DNA of 64,000 nucleotides, taken from NCBI GenBank assembly GCA_035604385.1, contig DATNIO010000197.1, positions 2,565-66,564 on the forward strand, written 5' to 3'. Both the position numbers and the translations under genes were made by a program. Below the pieces are notes generated by a model. That model worked only from the letters and a program-made list of their open reading frames with translations. It searched no databases and was not told where the DNA came from. Of this stretch, positions 36,714-46,794 are shown one piece after another. How positions within the stretch are numbered: position 1 is the first letter of the stretch; each line of letters opens with the position of its first letter. This stretch comes from Verrucomicrobiia bacterium (GTDB lineage Bacteria; Acidobacteriota; Terriglobia; Acidiferrales; UBA7541).

Positions 36714-37421
36714 ATGAGCGAATTCTCACGCCGATCCATCCTGGGTGGAGCGGTCGCGGCGGCCGCTGCAACGATGTGGACCAAGCCGGTGCATGCCCAA
36801 TATGTGTGGCAGAAGACTGATTGGCAGGCGGGGGAGTTCAATGCGGTGACACATTCGACGCGCCATATCAAGCAGGCGCTGCACGCCTTCTCCATCAGCG
36901 ATGCACGGGTCCTGAGGACCGCAAAGAACTCGCTGAACGGCCTTCGCTTTGGGGCCGGCATCGCTCCCGAACAGATCCAGGTCGTATGCGCATTAAATGG
37001 ACCGGCAAACATGCTGAATTACAGCGACTACGTCTGGCAGAAGTACAAGATCGGAGAGTGGGTGAAAGAGAACGACCCCAAGACCGGAGAGCCCGCCGTC
37101 CGGAATATTTTTTTCCCAAGTAAGGCGGGCTCCTCCATGAAGTACACGTCCGATGACCCCAGCAGCCCCGACTCAGCTTATCAGGACGCCACCGTTCAGG
37201 GGCTTCAGGCGCGCGGCGTGAAATTCCTGAGTTGTCACTCTTCCACCGAAGAGTCGGCGCGTGCGCTCATCAAGATGAACAATTTGACGGTGGATCCGGA
37301 GGAAGTCGTAAAGGATATGCAAGCCCACGTACACCCCGGCGTCATCCTCGTTCCGGCGTTGGCGGCGGCGCTTGCTATCCTGCAGAGTGACGGACATTAC
37401 AGCTACATGGCCGTCGGATAG
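36714..37421 (+). CDS. hypothetical Tat-signal protein upstream of the Mo-enzyme gene
   Basis: SRRSILGGAVAAAAATMW twin-arginine leader. 235 aa. No domain confidently recognised. Confidence 0.55.
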   Translation: MSEFSRRSILGGAVAAAAATMWTKPVHAQYVWQKTDWQAGEFNAVTHSTRHIKQALHAFSISDARVLRTAKNSLNGLRFGAGIAPEQIQVVCALNGPANMLNYSDYVWQKYKIGEWVKENDPKTGEPAVRNIFFPSKAGSSMKYTSDDPSSPDSAYQDATVQGLQARGVKFLSCHSSTEESARALIKMNNLTVDPEEVVKDMQAHVHPGVILVPALAAALAILQSDGHYSYMAVG

Positions 37422-37451
37422 CCAATCTTTTACGAACACAAAAGGTGGGGG

Positions 37452-38750
37452 ATGGGGGATTCTCAGCAGGGATTTACGAGACGCCGTTGGTTAAAAACGC
37501 TCGGTGCCGCAGGCGCCACTTTGGCAGCCGGGCAGATATTGGGCAAACCGGGCGCGGCGGCACAGGAGCCCTCCGGTCAGCACCCAGCTCCTGAGTTTAC
37601 CGGGCCAGGCGCGAATCCGTATTGGACATCGCCGGGGCAATTCGCGACGTATCCTCAGAAGGCGCCTCTCATTCTTCTGACCGACCGTCCGGTGCAACTG
37701 GAAACCCCGCGCCATTATTTTCTATCGACCTTCACGTCCAACGATGCGTTTTTTGTCCGCTGGCATCTTCAAACCATTCCCAATGCAGTGGATTTGAAAG
37801 AGTGGCGCTTGCATGTGGAAGGAAATGTCGAGCGCCCGCTGACGCTCAGTTTTCCGGAATTGGCGACTCGATTTAAGAGCGTGTCGATTGCCGCCGTGAA
37901 TCAATGCTCTGGCAATAGCCGCAGCCGGCTGCAGCCACGAGTCGCGGGAGGACAGTGGGGTAACGGCGCGATGGGCAATGCCGCGTGGACCGGCGTGAAA
38001 CTCCGCGAGATTCTCGATGCCGCAGGCGTGAAGAGCGGTTCGGTGCAAGTGCAATTTGAAGGGCTGGACCGGGGCCTCGGACCCAAGGGCTTCGGCTCGA
38101 ACCGGTTCATGAAGTCGCTCGACTTGACGAATCCCGTCATCGAAGAATGTCTGGTCGCTTACGCGATGAATGGCGAACCGTTGCCGATGCTCAACGGTTT
38201 TCCCGCGCGTCTGATTGTGCCAGGCTATTTCGCGACGTATTGGCTAAAATCGCTTTCCTCGATCCGCGTCCTCGATGCGCCCGACGATAATTTCTGGATG
38301 AAAGCGGCGTATCGGATTCCGGACACGCCGCGCGGCACCACAACCCCGGACGACATGATATCCGGGAAAGTCGCGACGGTCCCCATCGCCAGGATGCCCG
38401 TTCGCTCGTTCCTCATCTCCCCGGATGGTTCCACGAAGATTCCAGCCGGTTTTCCGCTGCGTCTGCGGGGCATCGCGTTCAGCGGTTACGGCGGCATAAA
38501 AAAAGTTGAAGTCTCCACCAACAATGGAGCGAACTGGAGCGAGGCCCGCTTGGAACTGGACGCTGGAGAGTATTCCTTCCGGACCTGGTCGCTCGAGTGG
38601 ACTCCACGAACCGCCGGTCGATATCAATTGGCGGTTCGCGCGACGGACGAGAAGGGAAATACTCAGCCCGACGAAGGGGTCTGGAACCCGGGCGGGTACT
38701 TGTGGAACAAGATCGAACGCCAGGAAATCGTGGTTGGAGACGCAAGCTGA
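37452..38750 (+). CDS. sulfite oxidase/dehydrogenase family molybdopterin oxidoreductase (SorA-like)
   Basis: Tat leader TRRRWLKTLGAAGA. Mo-ligand cysteine motif AAVNQCSGNSRS (compare CAGNRR in sulfite oxidases). C-terminal Ig-like dimerisation domain. Confidence 0.8.
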   Translation: MGDSQQGFTRRRWLKTLGAAGATLAAGQILGKPGAAAQEPSGQHPAPEFTGPGANPYWTSPGQFATYPQKAPLILLTDRPVQLETPRHYFLSTFTSNDAFFVRWHLQTIPNAVDLKEWRLHVEGNVERPLTLSFPELATRFKSVSIAAVNQCSGNSRSRLQPRVAGGQWGNGAMGNAAWTGVKLREILDAAGVKSGSVQVQFEGLDRGLGPKGFGSNRFMKSLDLTNPVIEECLVAYAMNGEPLPMLNGFPARLIVPGYFATYWLKSLSSIRVLDAPDDNFWMKAAYRIPDTPRGTTTPDDMISGKVATVPIARMPVRSFLISPDGSTKIPAGFPLRLRGIAFSGYGGIKKVEVSTNNGANWSEARLELDAGEYSFRTWSLEWTPRTAGRYQLAVRATDEKGNTQPDEGVWNPGGYLWNKIERQEIVVGDAS

Positions 38751-38762
38751 CAGGAGCCAGAC

Positions 38763-39173
38763 ATGCGCACACGAAAATGGTATCTCATGATGATTACGGT
38801 GCTGTCCCTGTTGGCGGCTCGCGGCCTCTACGCTGATTTTCGCGCCGGAATTTACACGCAGGCGGGGCCGGAAACGATTCACCAGATGTTGCCAAACACG
38901 GCTTCCACGGACGCGACCTACGACGCGGGCCAATACCCGATCTATTATCCCGAACTCGCCGCTGGCGAAGGGAAGGATGAGGTCGAGAACAATTGCGAGC
39001 TGTGCCACAGCCCTCGTTACATCACGATGCAACCGCCATTGCCGGCGCAAGCGTGGTCAGACGAAGTCAACAAAATGAGAAAAACTTTCGGCGCGTCGAT
39101 CCCTGATGATACTGCGCAAAAGATTATCCAATACCTCGGATCGCACTACACTCCTGAAACGAGAAAGCGGTAG
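38763..39173 (+). CDS. monoheme cytochrome c (SorB-like partner)
   Basis: Signal peptide. Single CELCHS heme-binding motif. Lies 13 nt after the Mo-enzyme gene. Confidence 0.7.
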   Translation: MRTRKWYLMMITVLSLLAARGLYADFRAGIYTQAGPETIHQMLPNTASTDATYDAGQYPIYYPELAAGEGKDEVENNCELCHSPRYITMQPPLPAQAWSDEVNKMRKTFGASIPDDTAQKIIQYLGSHYTPETRKR

Positions 39174-39215
39174 AATAGCCGTTACGGGATCGCAATCTCA
39201 CCTTGCCCGGGGAGG

Positions 39216-40037
39216 ATGTCCATGATTCGAGTGATCGCCATCCGCTGTGGGTTGGTCGTCGCTTTTGCCTTTTCCGTCCTCATATTATTTTCGACAAGCT
39301 CGGCCACCTTTGGCGCGCCGCCGAAACCGGGCCAGGCCGCGGATTCAGCGAAGGCCTGGGTGGCGCCGGACCCCTCGACGATCCCTGCGGGACCGCTCGG
39401 TGACAGCATCCGCCTGGGCATGCACGTTTTCAACGACACGCCAAAATATGCGGAGCGTTACGTCGGCAACAAAATGAGTTGCACGCATTGCCATATCGAG
39501 GGCGGCACGGTATCGAAGGGGATGCCGATGGTTGGACTGCCCGGAATATTTCCAATGTATCGTGATCGCGAAAAGACCGTGATCACCTTTGAAGAGCGGA
39601 TCCAGCAATGCTTCCGGCGCAGCGAAACGGGACACCGCGTCCCCAATGATGGCCCGGAGATGACGGGCTTAGTCGCCTATGCGCAGTGGCTGTCCAAGGA
39701 TCAAGTGACCGGACGTCCATTTCCGGGACGCGGGCTCGTTGATCTTCCGGAACTCAATGGAGACGCCGCGAAGGGAAGCCAGATCTACTTACAGCAATGC
39801 GCCCTTTGCCACGGCACGGAAGGTGCAGGAAAACCTCCCTCCATCCCGGCGCTTTGGGGGCCAGACGCATACAGCGACGGCGCCGGCATGAACCAAATTC
39901 CCAAAATGGCGGCGTTTGTGCAACACAACATGCCGCAGACGGATCCCGACACCCTCACGCCGCAAGAGGCGTACGACGTCGCAACGTACGTCCATAGCAA
40001 GCCGCACACTGCGTTTGTTATGAAAGACCACATGTAG
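39216..40037 (+). CDS. diheme cytochrome c
   Basis: Signal peptide. Two CxxCH motifs (CTHCH, CALCH). Alternative ATG at 39222. Confidence 0.75.
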   Translation: MSMIRVIAIRCGLVVAFAFSVLILFSTSSATFGAPPKPGQAADSAKAWVAPDPSTIPAGPLGDSIRLGMHVFNDTPKYAERYVGNKMSCTHCHIEGGTVSKGMPMVGLPGIFPMYRDREKTVITFEERIQQCFRRSETGHRVPNDGPEMTGLVAYAQWLSKDQVTGRPFPGRGLVDLPELNGDAAKGSQIYLQQCALCHGTEGAGKPPSIPALWGPDAYSDGAGMNQIPKMAAFVQHNMPQTDPDTLTPQEAYDVATYVHSKPHTAFVMKDHM

Positions 40038-40177
40038 TCGGCTCTCTGAATTTCCTATCGCTCGATGATGACAGAAGATCCTCGTTCTCATCCGTCGCGG
40101 CGGGCGAAGTTAGGATACCCGCGTCCTCTTTCCATTGTTCTCATTGACGCGCCTGGCTGCACGGCATGGAGTGAACG

Positions 40178-40888
40178 ATGAGCACGTCAGCAGAAAAGCA
40201 CATTAATATTGGGGCGCTGGTTTTCCCGCAGATGGATCAGATCGATCTCACTGGGCCATTTGAGGTCCTCTCGCGGCTTCCCAACTCCACATTTCATCTG
40301 GTTTGGAAAGAGCTGACTCCGGTCCGGGACAACAGGGGATTACTCATTACGCCTGAGATGACATTCGGGGAAGCTCCGCCGCTCGATTTGCTTGTCGTGC
40401 CGGGCGGGTTTGGACAGGAAGCTTTGATGGATGACGATGTCGCATTGAAATTCATCCAGGCAAAGGCCGCGACCGCTTCGTACGTATTTTCCATCTGCAC
40501 CGGTGCATTGTTATGCGGAGCAGCGGGCCTGCTCCGAGGAGTCAAATCCACCACGCACTGGTCCGCGTTTCATTTGCTGCCTTATTTCGGGGCGATTCCC
40601 GTCAACGCTCGAGTGGTGGTCGACGGCAAGCACGTGAGCGCCGCGGGCGTCACGGCTGGACTTGATGGGGCGTTGCGAGTAGCCGTGCTCATGCGCGGCG
40701 AGCGAGTCGCGCAGCAGATTCAACTCGGAATCGAGTATGCCCCCGATCCGCCCTTCCGCAGTGGCACTCCTCAGACAGCGCCACCCGAAGTTCTCCAAGC
40801 CGCGCGCGCTTCCGTACAAAAGATCACTGACGCGCGGCTCATTACTGCGCAGCGCGTTGCGGCCCGCCTCGGTATCAATGTTGACTGA
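40178..40888 (+). CDS. DJ-1/PfpI family protein
   Basis: LLVVPGGFG and the nucleophile elbow SICTGALLCGAAGLL, followed by HW. Typical DJ-1/ThiJ class I glutamine-amidotransferase-like fold. Confidence 0.8.
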   Translation: MSTSAEKHINIGALVFPQMDQIDLTGPFEVLSRLPNSTFHLVWKELTPVRDNRGLLITPEMTFGEAPPLDLLVVPGGFGQEALMDDDVALKFIQAKAATASYVFSICTGALLCGAAGLLRGVKSTTHWSAFHLLPYFGAIPVNARVVVDGKHVSAAGVTAGLDGALRVAVLMRGERVAQQIQLGIEYAPDPPFRSGTPQTAPPEVLQAARASVQKITDARLITAQRVAARLGINVD

Positions 40889-40911
40889 AACTTAGGAGAC
40901 GAAAAATCCAC

Positions 40912-42042
40912 TCAGTGCGCAGCGCTCCCACGGACAAGCGCGAACTTCTGAACTCTTCTGCCGGTTTCGACCTCGCCTGTGTATAGGTTCCCCTTGGAAT
41001 CTGAAACGATGGCGTGCACGTGATGGAACTGGCCCGCGTTGCGGCCCGCGTGGCCTGTCGTACCCTGAACGGAACCATCGCTTCGCAGCAGCGTCCAGAT
41101 CACATTGTTTTCACCGTCGGCCACGAGCAAATACTTCTGGGCCGCGTCATGAGAGAAGGCGAGATCGTAGGCGGATCCATTGCCCAGCGTTTCGGGGCGC
41201 AAGATGAATTCCTTCACGAACTTTCCTTCTTTCGTGAAGATCTGAATTCTGTCGTTGATCCGGTCGCAAACGTACACGAGCCCATCCTTCGAGATGTGCA
41301 CCGCATGGACCGGATTCCTGAACAGCTGGCTTGGCGCATTTCCGGGAGCGTACGGAACGAGGTCGGTGTCGCTCGGGGGATTTCCGTAGGCGCCCCACAT
41401 GCGCTTGAATATTCCTGTTTCAGAGTCGAATACGATGACGCGCCGGTTCAGGTAACCATCGGCGAAATAAATCTCGTGAGCTGTTTCGTCCAGATCGATC
41501 CCGGCCGGGCGCCCGAGGATGCTTATGTCCAAATTATTCATCGGCGCGGCCGAAGGATGGCCAATCTCCAAAATAAATTTCCCTTCGTTGGTTAGCTTGA
41601 TTGCCTGCCGGTCTTTGGCGCCATTGCCGGTAATCCAGACGTTTCCGGCGTGGTCGACGAAGATGCTGTGTTCCGAATTCGGCCAGTCATAACCCTGACC
41701 CGCGCCGCCCCAGGATTTGAGAAGATTGCCCTCGGCATCAAACACGAGAACAGGCGGCGCGGATACGCAACATTCCGAAGCAGGAGGAGTTTGCGCCGCG
41801 CCGAGATCATCCTTCGTGTTCGAGCCCGGACGCTGCAGCACCCAGATGTGGTCTTGCCCGTCGACGGCCATTCCGCCGACCTGGCCCATGATCCAGTTGT
41901 TGGGCAATTGTTTTGGCCAGGAGGCATCGACCTTATAGGCCGGCGGCGCCTGCGCCCTCGCAACTGTGCAAACACCAAGCGCAAGCAAACAAATGCCGAT
42001 CGAAAACAAGACGCCTTTCGTCCATCCATTAAAGCTGGGCAT
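40912..42042 (-). CDS. NHL-repeat beta-propeller protein (peptidylglycine amidating lyase-like)
   Basis: Start trimmed to ATG 42042. Signal peptide. WPKQLPNNWIMGQVGGMAVDGQDHIWVLQR and repeated VYVCDR/IYFADG-type NHL blades. Confidence 0.75.
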   Translation of the reverse strand: MPSFNGWTKGVLFSIGICLLALGVCTVARAQAPPAYKVDASWPKQLPNNWIMGQVGGMAVDGQDHIWVLQRPGSNTKDDLGAAQTPPASECCVSAPPVLVFDAEGNLLKSWGGAGQGYDWPNSEHSIFVDHAGNVWITGNGAKDRQAIKLTNEGKFILEIGHPSAAPMNNLDISILGRPAGIDLDETAHEIYFADGYLNRRVIVFDSETGIFKRMWGAYGNPPSDTDLVPYAPGNAPSQLFRNPVHAVHISKDGLVYVCDRINDRIQIFTKEGKFVKEFILRPETLGNGSAYDLAFSHDAAQKYLLVADGENNVIWTLLRSDGSVQGTTGHAGRNAGQFHHVHAIVSDSKGNLYTGEVETGRRVQKFALVRGSAAH

Positions 42043-42268
42043 GACAATCCTCCAAATCGCGAGCCGCGTTCTCGAATTCGGTTTCCAGGTCGAACGGGAA
42101 TATACACCCGACCGCCCTGGCGGAGAATGCTTCCGTAAAGTTTTTCGACCAAATATGTGACGAGCCACGGGAACATTCAAATGCTGCTATCATTTGCAAC
42201 GCTCGCACTCTCGTCAGGGCAGCCTTGAACGAAGACGTCCGGATTCTGATATCGCGAAAAGGTACAAC

Positions 42269-43387
42269 ATGAAAAGAAAAATGAGTTTCGTTCGAATGGC
42301 GGCGATGTTCGCCGGACTAGCCATAGCGCTGGGTGCATTGGGTCCGGCGCCATTGCGCGCACAGGGCAACGCGCCCAAGTTCGAAGTGGATCCGTCCTGG
42401 CCCAAGCCATTGCCGAATCTCTGGGTGACCGGGGGAATCGGCGGCGTTTGCATTGACTCCCGCGACCACGTGTTCATCTTGAACCGGGGCGATCTGACGG
42501 ACAACGACCTCGACGCCGGGCATCAGGCCCCGGTCGTGATCGAGTTCGATCCCGAGGGCAACGTGGTGAATTCCTTCGGCGATCCGGACGCGACGCCAAA
42601 CAATCCCCACGGCTGCACCGTGGACCCGGAGAACAACGTATGGCTGACCGGCACCGGCGACGGCATCGTGCAGGAATACACGCACGACGGAAGCAAACTC
42701 CTGCTCCAGATCGGCAAGCGGGGCGTGGTTGATTCTTCCGACGGCACGGCCAAAGGGAAAGCCCTGAACTCCAGCCAAGCGGGGTTCTTTAAACCCGCAG
42801 GCATCGTGATCGATCCCAAGAACGGCGACGTCTACGTGGCCGACGGCGAAACTCCCGGCGGCAACCACCGCATCGCCGTGTTCGATCGCACAGGGCAGTT
42901 CCTGCGCCAATGGGACTTGCACCGCACGGAGGCCGAGACCGGAGATGCGTTCGTGCCTGTGCTGCACTGCGTGGCCATGGACAACAATGGTTCGGTCTAC
43001 GTATGCGACCGGCGTGGCCACCGAATCCAGGTGTTCGATAGAATGGGCAATTTCCAGAAGAATATTCCGGTCGAATTCGAGCAGATGTCCAAGCTCCCGG
43101 CTGGTCCGGAGCACGTGCCCGGCGCGTTAGGATCGGCTGTCTGGGTCGGCTTCTCGCGTGACCCGGGGCAGAAATATATGTACGTGGTCAATCAGGACAA
43201 CGAGAAGATCGATATCCTCGATCGCGCCACCGGGCAGGTTCTTTCAAGTTTCGGCCGCGCGGGACACCAGGTGGGCGAACTTACGTACGCGCATTTCCTG
43301 GCGGTGGACTCGAAGGGCAACGTCTATGTGACTGAGGTGGGCACGGGCAAGCGCATTCAGAAATTCAAGATGGTGGGTGGCAAGTAG
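42269..43387 (+). CDS. NHL-repeat beta-propeller protein, paralog of 40912-42042
   Basis: Start trimmed to ATG 42269. Signal peptide. WPKPLPNLWVTGGIGGVCIDSRDHVFILNR. Colinear similarity to the divergent neighbour throughout. Confidence 0.75.
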   Translation: MKRKMSFVRMAAMFAGLAIALGALGPAPLRAQGNAPKFEVDPSWPKPLPNLWVTGGIGGVCIDSRDHVFILNRGDLTDNDLDAGHQAPVVIEFDPEGNVVNSFGDPDATPNNPHGCTVDPENNVWLTGTGDGIVQEYTHDGSKLLLQIGKRGVVDSSDGTAKGKALNSSQAGFFKPAGIVIDPKNGDVYVADGETPGGNHRIAVFDRTGQFLRQWDLHRTEAETGDAFVPVLHCVAMDNNGSVYVCDRRGHRIQVFDRMGNFQKNIPVEFEQMSKLPAGPEHVPGALGSAVWVGFSRDPGQKYMYVVNQDNEKIDILDRATGQVLSSFGRAGHQVGELTYAHFLAVDSKGNVYVTEVGTGKRIQKFKMVGGK

Positions 43388-43393
43388 CCTCAG

Positions 43394-43467
43394 GTAGCAC
43401 AGGCTTCAGCCCGTGGGGTTTCGTCCCGGTGAAGTGGCGGAAACCCACAGGCTGAAGCCTGTGCTAC
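43394..43467. repeat. imperfect approx. 27-bp inverted repeat (gtagcacaggcttcagcc...ggctgaagcctgtgctac family)
   Basis: Arms 43394-43421 and 43441-43467, between convergent genes. Related copies at 58156-58228, a half copy at about 24050-24075, and a relative at 4273-4347. Confidence 0.85.
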
Positions 43468-43472
43468 TCACC

Positions 43473-44591
43473 CTACAGATGCAAAAGCTTCATGGCGTTC
43501 CCTTTCAAGATTGCGTCACGCTCCGCGGCCGGGTAGTTGAATTGATCGAGAACATTGCTCGGATACTCGATGTCCCTGGCTGCGAAAATATCCGTGCCGA
43601 CGACGATGCGGTCCGGTCCGACCATGGTGACCAGGAATTGGAATGCCTCGGGATAGTAGATCAGATAGTCGTAGTAGAACCGCCGCAAGTACTCCCGGAA
43701 CGGGCGCGCCAGCGCTACATGCTGATTGGGGAAATGAGAGAAGAAATGCTCGATCCTCCCCGCGAGATACGGGAAGGAGCCGCCCGCGTGCGGCAACACC
43801 ATTTCCAGCTTCGGATATTTGTCTAGTATCCCGGACATCATTAATTTAGTTGCCAGCACGGTGTGGTCGGTGGGCGCATCGAGACCGGCCGCCAAGTTGG
43901 GTGGCCCGGAAACCCTGTCGCCTCCGTAGTTGTTGGCCACTCCGTCCATCTGATGGAAAATAATCGGGAGGCCCAGCTCCTCGATTCGCGCGAGGATGGG
44001 AGCGAAGTTTGGCTCGATGATGTAATCGTGCCGCTCCATCGAGTCCGGCAAATGGACGGCGCGTACGCCCGGCTTTCCCGCGACGCGATTCAATTCCTTC
44101 AAGGCCAGTTGAGGATCGCGAACGGGCATCTCGATCCCCAAAACAAAGCGGTCGGGATGCTTCTTGTGGACTTCGATTCCCGTGTCATTGATGATCTGCG
44201 CGAGATGCGCACCCTGTTCCGCGGACGTCGATTGCCACGGCATCGAGCCGGAAAGCGTGAGGCAATGCATCAGGACGCCGTGTTCGTCCATCCACTGGAG
44301 CCGTTTTTCGAGATCGTAATTGAGCGGATAGGGATTGACGAGCGGCTGGCCAAGGTCCGCCAGCGCTTTGTTGTACGGCTCGGGCGACCAGTGCGCGTGG
44401 CAGTCAATCGCGACAGGTTTGCCTACTCCGGCCTTCCCGGGTTTCGCATCCCACCAGTCCACTCCTTTTTCTTTTGTCTGCGCCGCAATACCTGCTGGAA
44501 GCGCGGTCAGCATCGCGCCGCCGACACCGATCTTCATAAAGTTTCGTCTTCCGAGAGCCGAAGCTGTTGCCGGTGCGTCCGAATTTTTCAT
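43473..44591 (-). CDS. amidohydrolase-2 (ACMSD/decarboxylase-like) family protein with Tat signal
   Basis: GRRNFMKIGVGGAM leader. Metal-binding CHAHW, LPHAGGSFPY and VGTDIF motifs. Confidence 0.75.
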   Translation of the reverse strand: MKNSDAPATASALGRRNFMKIGVGGAMLTALPAGIAAQTKEKGVDWWDAKPGKAGVGKPVAIDCHAHWSPEPYNKALADLGQPLVNPYPLNYDLEKRLQWMDEHGVLMHCLTLSGSMPWQSTSAEQGAHLAQIINDTGIEVHKKHPDRFVLGIEMPVRDPQLALKELNRVAGKPGVRAVHLPDSMERHDYIIEPNFAPILARIEELGLPIIFHQMDGVANNYGGDRVSGPPNLAAGLDAPTDHTVLATKLMMSGILDKYPKLEMVLPHAGGSFPYLAGRIEHFFSHFPNQHVALARPFREYLRRFYYDYLIYYPEAFQFLVTMVGPDRIVVGTDIFAARDIEYPSNVLDQFNYPAAERDAILKGNAMKLLHL

Positions 44592-45064
44592 CGTCTGTTC
44601 TCCTCAAATGGCGGGCGGTCTGCCTAATATTTTCCTGTTTGAGAGACATGCCCGCAAATGCACGAATGCAATTAGCGGAGCTAAATTTTCTGTTGTGACT
44701 TTTCACCCGCCCGGAAACATACACCCGACCCGATCTGCTTTCAAGCGCGGGAGAAGTGAATTCATCGGATTTGCGGGAACACACTTGATGCACAGTGCCG
44801 CAGGGCTGCGTTCCGCCGACCGTGATTTTGGTGAGAAACGAGCGTCAAGAATTGGAGAACAAGGCGCGCAACATTTTTTGCAAATCCCCATTCGGGCCGT
44901 TCATGACCTTGCATGCTGTATCGAAAATCATCTTGGCTCTCTCTTGCTTGGTGAAGTCGGGCCGGTGAGATCACGTCTACTCAATAGGAACTTTCGAGGG
45001 CGCATGGCCTGGCTTGACAGGTTGTGAGGCCCGGCACGGACTATTCAATGAATGTCTCAGCCGA

Positions 45065-46648
45065 CTACACTTTGAACAGCTCGACCAATTCCTTAAGTTC
45101 GTGCGACATGACAGCGAGTTGCCGAGCGGCCTTCTCCGAATTCGCCGCGCCTTGCGACGTGCTTCGGGCGGCTTCGGCCACTCCTTCGATGTTCCGCGCA
45201 ATGTCGCCCGAACCTTTGGCAGCCTCGCTTGCATTGCGCGACATCTCGTTGGTCGTGGCGCTCTGCTCTTCCACCGCCGTTGCAATCATGTTCGAAATGT
45301 CGTTGATCTGGTTGATCACGCCGCTGATTGTTCCGATCGCCTCCACGGCCCCCTTGGTGTCGTTTTGGATCGCGTTGATCTTCTGGCCGATCTCTTCGGT
45401 AGCTTTGGCGGTCTGCTTGGCCAATTCCTTTACTTCATTAGCGACCACGGCGAAGCCTTTGCCCGCTTCGCCCGCGCGCGCGGCTTCAATTGTGGCATTC
45501 AGGGCCAGCAAGTTCGTCTGCTGCGCAATCGAAGTGATGACCTTAATTACATTTCCAATCTCAGCGCTGGATACCCCCAGTTTGGAAACTGTGGAATTGG
45601 TCTCCTCGGCGACCCGCACGGCATCGTTTGCGATGCGCGCCGCCTCGGTGGCATTCTTGGCGATATCCTTGATCGTGGCGCTCATTTCCTCCGCCCCGGT
45701 GGCGACGGTCTGCAAGTTGCGGCTCACCTGATCGGTAGCAGTCGAAACCACGTTGACTTGAGCGGAGGTTGCCTCGGAATTCGACGAGATTTTCTGGCTG
45801 ACCGCCGTCAACTCTTCCGACGACGAAGCGACGCCCTGGGTGTTCCCCGCAACTTTGCCGATGATCTGCTGCAATTTCTCTAGGAAGATATTGAGCCAAT
45901 GAGCCACTTCGCCGATCTCGTCATTCGAACTTATGTCCAAACGCTTAGTCAGGTCTCCCTCCCCCTCGGCGATATCCTTGAGGCGAGCAGTAAGGTCATG
46001 GAGCGGCGTCATAATTTGCCGGTTGATCACAAAAGCTGCCAGCGCCGAACCGCAACCCACGGCTATCAGGAAAACGACGATCCCCAGGGTTCTTTGTCGT
46101 TCGGAGGATGCGGTGACGCTGGCCAGGTCGGCCCCAAATGCCTTCGAAATGTCTTCACGAACGCTTGAGAGGGATGCTTCCATCTCCTTGTTTTCCCGGG
46201 CCAGATTGCCGACTTCCGACATCGTTTGGCTGGAAACTTTGTCCTTTGCGTCAATCATGGTTGAGTAGGCCGGTTTCGCGCGAGCGGTCATGTCGCTGAG
46301 GCGATCCATCATCTCCGACACCTGCTTTTGCAAGTCGGCGTTGAAGCCAGTCTTCTCCTTGATGGACTGAAGGGAATCGAGCACCGCTTGGGCGTCTTTT
46401 GCAGCGTCATTCAGAGAGCCCTTGTCCTGCAACACGACCGCATCGCCATATCGTTTCATGACCTTTTGGAATCCTGCTTGCGCGTCTTGAATGCTCAGCG
46501 CGGAAGGGAACAGGTCCTCCGACGCGACTTGCATGCGTTCATGCGTTTGAGACGCTGTCCACTGCAATAGGACTAACAAAGCCACGTACCCAAGGCCAAA
46601 GATCGCGATGCTCAGCCAAATCTTTCCTCGAACTCCTAGCTTGTTCAT
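45065..46648 (-). CDS. methyl-accepting chemotaxis protein
   Basis: TM1 - helical periplasmic domain - TM2 - HAMP ([23 protein letters not shown]) - highly conserved signalling hairpin ([37 protein letters not shown]). Confidence 0.92.
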   Translation of the reverse strand: MNKLGVRGKIWLSIAIFGLGYVALLVLLQWTASQTHERMQVASEDLFPSALSIQDAQAGFQKVMKRYGDAVVLQDKGSLNDAAKDAQAVLDSLQSIKEKTGFNADLQKQVSEMMDRLSDMTARAKPAYSTMIDAKDKVSSQTMSEVGNLARENKEMEASLSSVREDISKAFGADLASVTASSERQRTLGIVVFLIAVGCGSALAAFVINRQIMTPLHDLTARLKDIAEGEGDLTKRLDISSNDEIGEVAHWLNIFLEKLQQIIGKVAGNTQGVASSSEELTAVSQKISSNSEATSAQVNVVSTATDQVSRNLQTVATGAEEMSATIKDIAKNATEAARIANDAVRVAEETNSTVSKLGVSSAEIGNVIKVITSIAQQTNLLALNATIEAARAGEAGKGFAVVANEVKELAKQTAKATEEIGQKINAIQNDTKGAVEAIGTISGVINQINDISNMIATAVEEQSATTNEMSRNASEAAKGSGDIARNIEGVAEAARSTSQGAANSEKAARQLAVMSHELKELVELFKV

Positions 46649-46794
46649 CGAGTCCTCGGTTCGCGGATTACTTCCAGATACCCTAAACCTGCGGGCACAG
46701 CTAGTTCAGCCGATCCTTGGGGGGGTGGAGACGACGCCATTCCAGCCTCTCCCAAGCGTCAATCATCAGACGATTCAATTGTCCGATGCGGGAA

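Noticed and set aside
44592-45064. ORFs 44335-45027 (+), 44404-44793 (-) and 44762-44974 (-) in the 473-nt amidohydrolase-MCP spacer
   Set aside because: No RBS, no motifs, and an odd composition. The region more likely holds the amidohydrolase promoter and leader. I could not identify a riboswitch or sRNA by eye.
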